Part shown: positions 6,780-11,898 of the stretch, in pieces
How the letters are laid out: each line of letters opens with the position of its first letter
How positions within the stretch are numbered: position 1 is the stretch's first letter
Origin: Myxococcota bacterium
GTDB lineage: Bacteria > Myxococcota > UBA4151
Assembly: GCA_040260805.1 (NCBI GenBank)
Contig: JBDQPD010000109.1
Span: 1-11,898, forward strand
Length of the DNA: 11,898 bases
Direction: 5' to 3'
Notes under the pieces: model-generated
What the model saw: the letters and a program-made list of their open reading frames with translations, nothing else
Databases searched by the model: none
What the model was told of the DNA's origin: nothing
Translations under genes and position numbers: made by a program

Positions 6780-7543
6780 AACGCTTCCAGCTCTTCGTCG
6801 GATAGTTTGTAAATTTCTTCGAGTCGGGCTTCGCTCATTTCGTCTGGGCGACCATCCCAAATTAGCTTACCGGCGCGTAAGGCGATGACCCGGTCACAGT
6901 AGTCTTTTGCGAGCTCAATCTCATGAAGGTTGAGCAAGATCGAGATGCCGCGCTCTTGGTTGATACGACGCAGCAAGCCCAGCACCGACGTGGTCAGCTT
7001 GGGATCCAGACTTGCGGTCGGCTCATCGGCCAGAATCAGATCAGGCTCTTGCGCTAACACTCGAGCGATCGCAACGCGCTGCTGCTGACCACCGCTCATC
7101 GCAGCGCAGTAACTGTGCTCGCGCCCCCCAAGCCCAACCGCTTGAATCGCCTCAAGCGCTTTGGCTTCATCTTCGGCTTCAAACCTTCCCAGGAGGGCTG
7201 CAGCGAGCCCACGATGCCCTAAGCGGCCGTTGAGAACGTTGCGCAAAACCGTGTGGCTTTTGACCAAATTGAACTGCTGAAAGACAAAGCCGACGCGCCG
7301 GCGCAATGCGCGCAGCTCTTGGGCGTTGGCGCCCGTAAGCGTGTGCTCACCCAGTGCGATCTCTCCGGAAGTTGGCGCGATCAAACCATTGATTGAGCGC
7401 AGTAAAGTCGACTTCCCCGCTCCACTCAGTCCGATCACCGCAATGAATTCGCCCGCTGGCACTTCTAGATTCACAGCGTCCAAGCCGCGCACCCCATTGG
7501 GCCAAACCATCGTCAGTTCTTTTAGGGCTAAGCGTGCAGTCAT
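6776..7543 (-). CDS. phnC: Phosphonate-type ABC transporter ATP-binding protein
   Basis: Walker A GLSGAGKST, Q-loop 'FQQFNLV', PhnC-typical 'NVLNGRLG', signature MSGGQQQRVAIAR, Walker B 'ILADEPTASLDP', H-loop 'NLHE'. Confidence 0.95.
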   Translation of the reverse strand: MTARLALKELTMVWPNGVRGLDAVNLEVPAGEFIAVIGLSGAGKSTLLRSINGLIAPTSGEIALGEHTLTGANAQELRALRRRVGFVFQQFNLVKSHTVLRNVLNGRLGHRGLAAALLGRFEAEDEAKALEAIQAVGLGGREHSYCAAMSGGQQQRVAIARVLAQEPDLILADEPTASLDPKLTTSVLGLLRRINQERGISILLNLHEIELAKDYCDRVIALRAGKLIWDGRPDEMSEARLEEIYKLSDEELEAL

Positions 7544-7546
7544 CGC

Positions 7547-7579
7547 AGACGGTCTACATCAGCCGTCTCATTTGGTGAA
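7547..7579 (-). promoter_or_regulatory. Candidate leaderless sigma-70-type promoter for phnC, with overlapping inverted repeat
   Basis: Minus strand TTCACC (7579-7574) - 17 nt - TAGACC (7556-7551) - 7 nt - ATG, with no SD. Inverted repeat AGACGG-N10-CCGTCT at 7547-7568. Confidence 0.3.
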
Positions 7580-7599
7580 GCCGCCTCAAACAGCCTGTA

Positions 7600-8964
7600 T
7601 CAGAAGGACCACTTTAGACCGACGCCGACATAGTTCCCTTGGCGCTCGTTGCGCCCCGCAGTGATCGCAATATCAAGATCTTCCTTGGTGTAGCCTGCGC
7701 TGAGCGACGCATCGAAACGATCCACCTTTAAGTCGTAGCCGGCACGACCCTCAGCGTACAAACGACCGCCTCGATACTCTGTGTTGAGCTTATACCCTAC
7801 GCTCATGCCCTCGAGGGTTAAGTCCTTGCCGTACTCCGCCTTGAGCGATTTCACCCCTTTGAGCGCGCCCCTGTGCGAGAGCAGCGTCGAGCCGCTGGTC
7901 ACCGAACCCTGACCATCAAGCTTCAACCGATTATCTAAACTCAACCCGTCACGGGTGATTTTGTGGCTCAAATCCAGACGGTCTAGACGCACCGAGTCAT
8001 CAGCCCGAGACGACGCAAACGCGTTGACTTTCGCCGTCGATTTCCAGCCGTTGTCGTGCGTGGACTTATGCGTCACGCCGAGCCGCAATGCGGTGATGTC
8101 TAAACCTGTCCCATCATTGGTCGCGTTGAGCGCACCCGAGATGACGGTGTTGTTGTTCGCATCACCCCTTCGATGGGTGACCCCCAGTCGCGCAGACTCG
8201 ATCGCTAGCGACTCATCTCGATGGTGCGCGGTTACCGAACCACTCAAGACGGTGTTGTTCTTAGCGTCTCCAATTTTGTGGGTGGCATCTAAAGTGCCGC
8301 TAAAATCACTAAACTTTTTGCCCCAGCTCGCGCTGCCACCGATTTTGGTGTTTTGACCCAAGTTAGCCGTTACCTCGGGCTTAATGCCAAGCTTCTTGAG
8401 GGCCTCCGAGCCTTCATTGTAGGCGTAGACTGCGCCGCCCACCGCGACCCCTGTCGCCAAACCGTAATAGCTTTTGGGGTGCTGCTCTTTAAAATCGCTG
8501 ACGACCTCTTTAGCCACGTCACCGCCGAGGCTGCCTAAGGACCCAATTTTGCGTGCGCCCAAATCGCCGATGTCGACGCCGCTAGCCTCTAAACCCGTCT
8601 TGAGCTTACCTGCGACTTCAGGGCTGAGCGCGCGCACGGGGAGGTCTTTGACCAGGTCGATTGCCGCCGTTTCAAGCGCGGCGCGCTGAGCTTCGGTGGG
8701 CTCCGGCTGCTGACTCGTTACGCCGGCAGCCCGCTTGGCGAGTCCCATCGCGTCGCGATCAAAAATCGCTTTGATACGGGCTGAGAAACGCCGCATCGCA
8801 GACTGGACGAGTGGATCACTCTCTCCGCCCACAAATTCATCGCGATGCGTCCTGACACCAGACGTATCCGCTTCATTCGACCCTGCTGAGCCACCACGAC
8901 CTGTCGAGGTCTCAGCTTGAACCGGCTGGCGAGCCACTCCGGGTGCGTTCGGACGAATGGGCAT
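7600..8964 (-). CDS. Hypothetical protein: disordered N-terminus, helical region, C-terminal beta-barrel-like domain with 35-aa repeats; no signal peptide
   Basis: Start moved to ATG 8964 (GGAG 7 nt upstream; 454 aa). The C-terminal half is alternating amphipathic strands (FDASLSAGY, LDIAITAG, LYAEGRAGYDL) ending 'NYVGVGLKWSF'. Confidence 0.8.
   Translation of the reverse strand: MPIRPNAPGVARQPVQAETSTGRGGSAGSNEADTSGVRTHRDEFVGGESDPLVQSAMRRFSARIKAIFDRDAMGLAKRAAGVTSQQPEPTEAQRAALETAAIDLVKDLPVRALSPEVAGKLKTGLEASGVDIGDLGARKIGSLGSLGGDVAKEVVSDFKEQHPKSYYGLATGVAVGGAVYAYNEGSEALKKLGIKPEVTANLGQNTKIGGSASWGKKFSDFSGTLDATHKIGDAKNNTVLSGSVTAHHRDESLAIESARLGVTHRRGDANNNTVISGALNATNDGTGLDITALRLGVTHKSTHDNGWKSTAKVNAFASSRADDSVRLDRLDLSHKITRDGLSLDNRLKLDGQGSVTSGSTLLSHRGALKGVKSLKAEYGKDLTLEGMSVGYKLNTEYRGGRLYAEGRAGYDLKVDRFDASLSAGYTKEDLDIAITAGRNERQGNYVGVGLKWSF
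7969..8283 (-). repeat. Three tandem in-frame 105-bp (35-aa) degenerate repeats
   Basis: THKIGDAKNNTVLSGSVTAHHRDESLAIESARLGV / THRRGDANNNTVISGALNATNDGTGLDITALRLGV / THKSTHDNGWKSTAKVNAFASSRADDSVRLDRLDL. The DNA word GACGGTGTTGTT recurs at 8143 and 8248, 105 apart. The third unit is more diverged. Confidence 0.8.
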
Positions 8965-8983
8965 GAGCTTACTCCACAATGGG

Positions 8984-9010
8984 TTATCGAATGATCACTC
9001 GGCGAGTTGC
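8984..9010 (-). promoter_or_regulatory. Candidate sigma-28 (FliA/WhiG-type) promoter
   Basis: Minus strand GCAA-N15-TTCGATAA versus consensus TAAA-N15-GCCGATAA. The predicted start of transcription falls just upstream of the GGAG RBS at 8975-8972. Confidence 0.35.
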
Positions 9011-9014
9011 TTGC

Positions 9015-9713
9015 CTATTTGTGAAAATCACTCGCACAATCATCGCAACGATACGCACTCGGCGTGGTTTGACGCAAATGCCCACCACAAGCTGGGCAAA
9101 CCCGTTGAGCAATCGCCTGCTCGACCATCCGCTCAATCCCCACCCACGGATCCGATGCGATCTGTTCATCGCCGGCGTTAATTCGCTCCAGTACATCGAC
9201 CAAACGGGCAAGCCGAAGACTCCTTGGCATGGCTTCACTCGCCGCTCTAAACTTGGTCACAGCGCGCGGGAACTCAGAGCCAACCAACGCCGCAAACCCA
9301 GCGTGAACTAATGCGGCGACGTCCTCGTTATGGCGGTCTTGTGTCCGGTCATCTGCGACCTTATCGCTCGACCGACGGGCAGAGATACCCGCCTGTTCAA
9401 GTTCAAAACGAGCCCGAACTACGCGCTCGTCCTCAAACAGCAACCCTTTGCTCTGAAGTTGCTCGGTCAGATGGCACAAGTTCTCAATGTCGACCCCCGC
9501 ACCTTCAAAGCGACTCTCGATACGATGTTGAAGTTCTGAAAGCGTGGTCTGACCGTCCATCTGCAGAAAGGCGAAGTAGCCAATGGCGGTCAGCGGAACC
9601 TCCTCGCCCTCTGGGATGCGCAGGATAAGCGTCGAGCCCTGCTCTCCGCGCTGCAAACGCACCTCGACGTCGGTCCGTCCACGAGGTTGAATACGGGCAA
9701 TCTCTTGAATCAA
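9015..9713 (-). CDS. Hypothetical protein with N-terminal PqqD-like/RRE winged-helix domain, TPR-like helix pair and C-terminal zinc ribbon
   Basis: 'LTAIGYFAFLQMDGQTTLSELQHRIESRF...LCHLTEQLQSKGLL' fits the PqqD/RRE pattern; 'ALVHAGFAALVGSEFPRAVTKFRAASEAMP' is TPR-like; 'CPACGGHL...YRCDDC' is a 4-Cys ribbon. TTG start overlaps the upstream stop (TTGA). Confidence 0.75.
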   Translation of the reverse strand: MIQEIARIQPRGRTDVEVRLQRGEQGSTLILRIPEGEEVPLTAIGYFAFLQMDGQTTLSELQHRIESRFEGAGVDIENLCHLTEQLQSKGLLFEDERVVRARFELEQAGISARRSSDKVADDRTQDRHNEDVAALVHAGFAALVGSEFPRAVTKFRAASEAMPRSLRLARLVDVLERINAGDEQIASDPWVGIERMVEQAIAQRVCPACGGHLRQTTPSAYRCDDCASDFHK

Positions 9714-10221
9714 TCCGCTACCTGCGCTCTGCCACTGACCGGCCCTTCGAGCTCGAGTTTGTCGAACCGGTCGGTGGTGGTGGCGCCGCCAAGGGCACGA
9801 AGCTCATGACCTTCGCCATAAAACTCAACCGGTCCATCCATCTTCAAAGTCCGGGTGCGGCCTAAGTAAGTCACGCTTGGCGCCCTGAATCCGCGACCAT
9901 TTTTCAGCCGACCATGCACCTCGCCGCGCAGCTCAACATCCTCTGAGCTGATCATCTCCGCCCGACGAGCCTCAAGCTTGAAGTCCGAATCGATAAAATG
10001 AACCATTACCCCTTCAAGGACCTGAGACTCACCCTTTTGAAATCCCCAGAACTTTCGCGCCGTCAGACGCGCGAGCACATGACCATCAGCCGAGCTGTGC
10101 AAAAAAGTAGCGAGGTTACTGCCGGCGAAGTCAGGCCCGGCATCGACCCAAAGGTCCTGAGCTATTGGCTCCTCAACGCAGCCCCCCATGAGCACCATGA
10201 TAAGACCGAGCGAGCGCAGCA

Positions 10222-10222
<1 letters not shown>
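9710..10222 (-). CDS. LptC-like (beta-jellyroll, LPS export periplasmic protein family) putative lipoprotein
   Basis: Lipoprotein-type signal MLRSLGLIMVLMGG|C; strand pattern 'ARLTARK...LEGVMVHF...KLEARRAE...VELRGEVHG...VTY...LKMDGPVEF...LELEGPVSG' typical of LptC. Start overlaps the lepA stop (TAATG). Confidence 0.65.

Positions 10223-11898
<1,676 letters not shown>

Noticed and set aside
6780..6860. 27-aa N-terminal extension of the phnD::phnE ORF given by the track (start 6860)
   Set aside because: It overlaps phnC by 85 nt and hides the signal peptide; GTG 6779 gives a GTGA overlap and a clean Sec signal.
7969..8283. 105-bp periodicity as a CRISPR or other non-coding array
   Set aside because: The repeats are degenerate, in frame and better conserved as protein; no constant repeat with unique spacers and no cas genes.
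8957..9628. ORFs 8957-9181, 8979-9311, 8984-9238, 9311-9628, 9330-9539
   Set aside because: Alternative-frame or antisense overlaps of the RRE/TPR/Zn-ribbon gene, which has coherent domains and translational coupling.
1..9713. RiPP biosynthetic cluster (TldDE plus RRE protein plus ABC transporter)
   Set aside because: No precursor peptide, YcaO, radical SAM or lanthipeptide enzyme; the ABC system is an importer; tldDE and the RRE gene are about 7 kb apart in different transcription units.

Overview
A GC-rich (about 58-60% by eye), densely coding bacterial window. The protein families and N-terminal styles suggest a deltaproteobacterial-type (Myxococcota/Bradymonadia-like, possibly predatory) organism; this is inference only. 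The left end carries a tldD-tldE(pmbA) protease pair on the minus strand, with tldE running off the window and missed by the ORF track. Divergent from it is a signal-peptide beta-barrel outer-membrane protein with strongly biased codon usage. It resembles the Bdellovibrio major OMP (PopA) family, has a 45-aa charged tail, and is followed by a perfect 34-bp palindromic terminator. The rest is one minus-strand run: lepA (partial), an orphan LptC-like lipoprotein, an RRE(PqqD-like)/TPR/Zn-ribbon protein, a signal-less repeat-built beta-barrel-like protein behind a candidate sigma-28 promoter, phnC, a phnD::phnE fusion, a deoxynucleoside kinase and a HAD phosphatase. Best candidate for a new system: a phosphonate-type ABC importer whose binding protein is fused to the permease and appears to have lost three canonical phosphonate-binding residues. 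It is clustered with a deoxynucleoside kinase and a phosphatase rather than C-P lyase or ptxD genes, which suggests a repurposed nucleoside/nucleotide scavenging module. No RNA genes, mobile elements or CRISPR arrays were seen.
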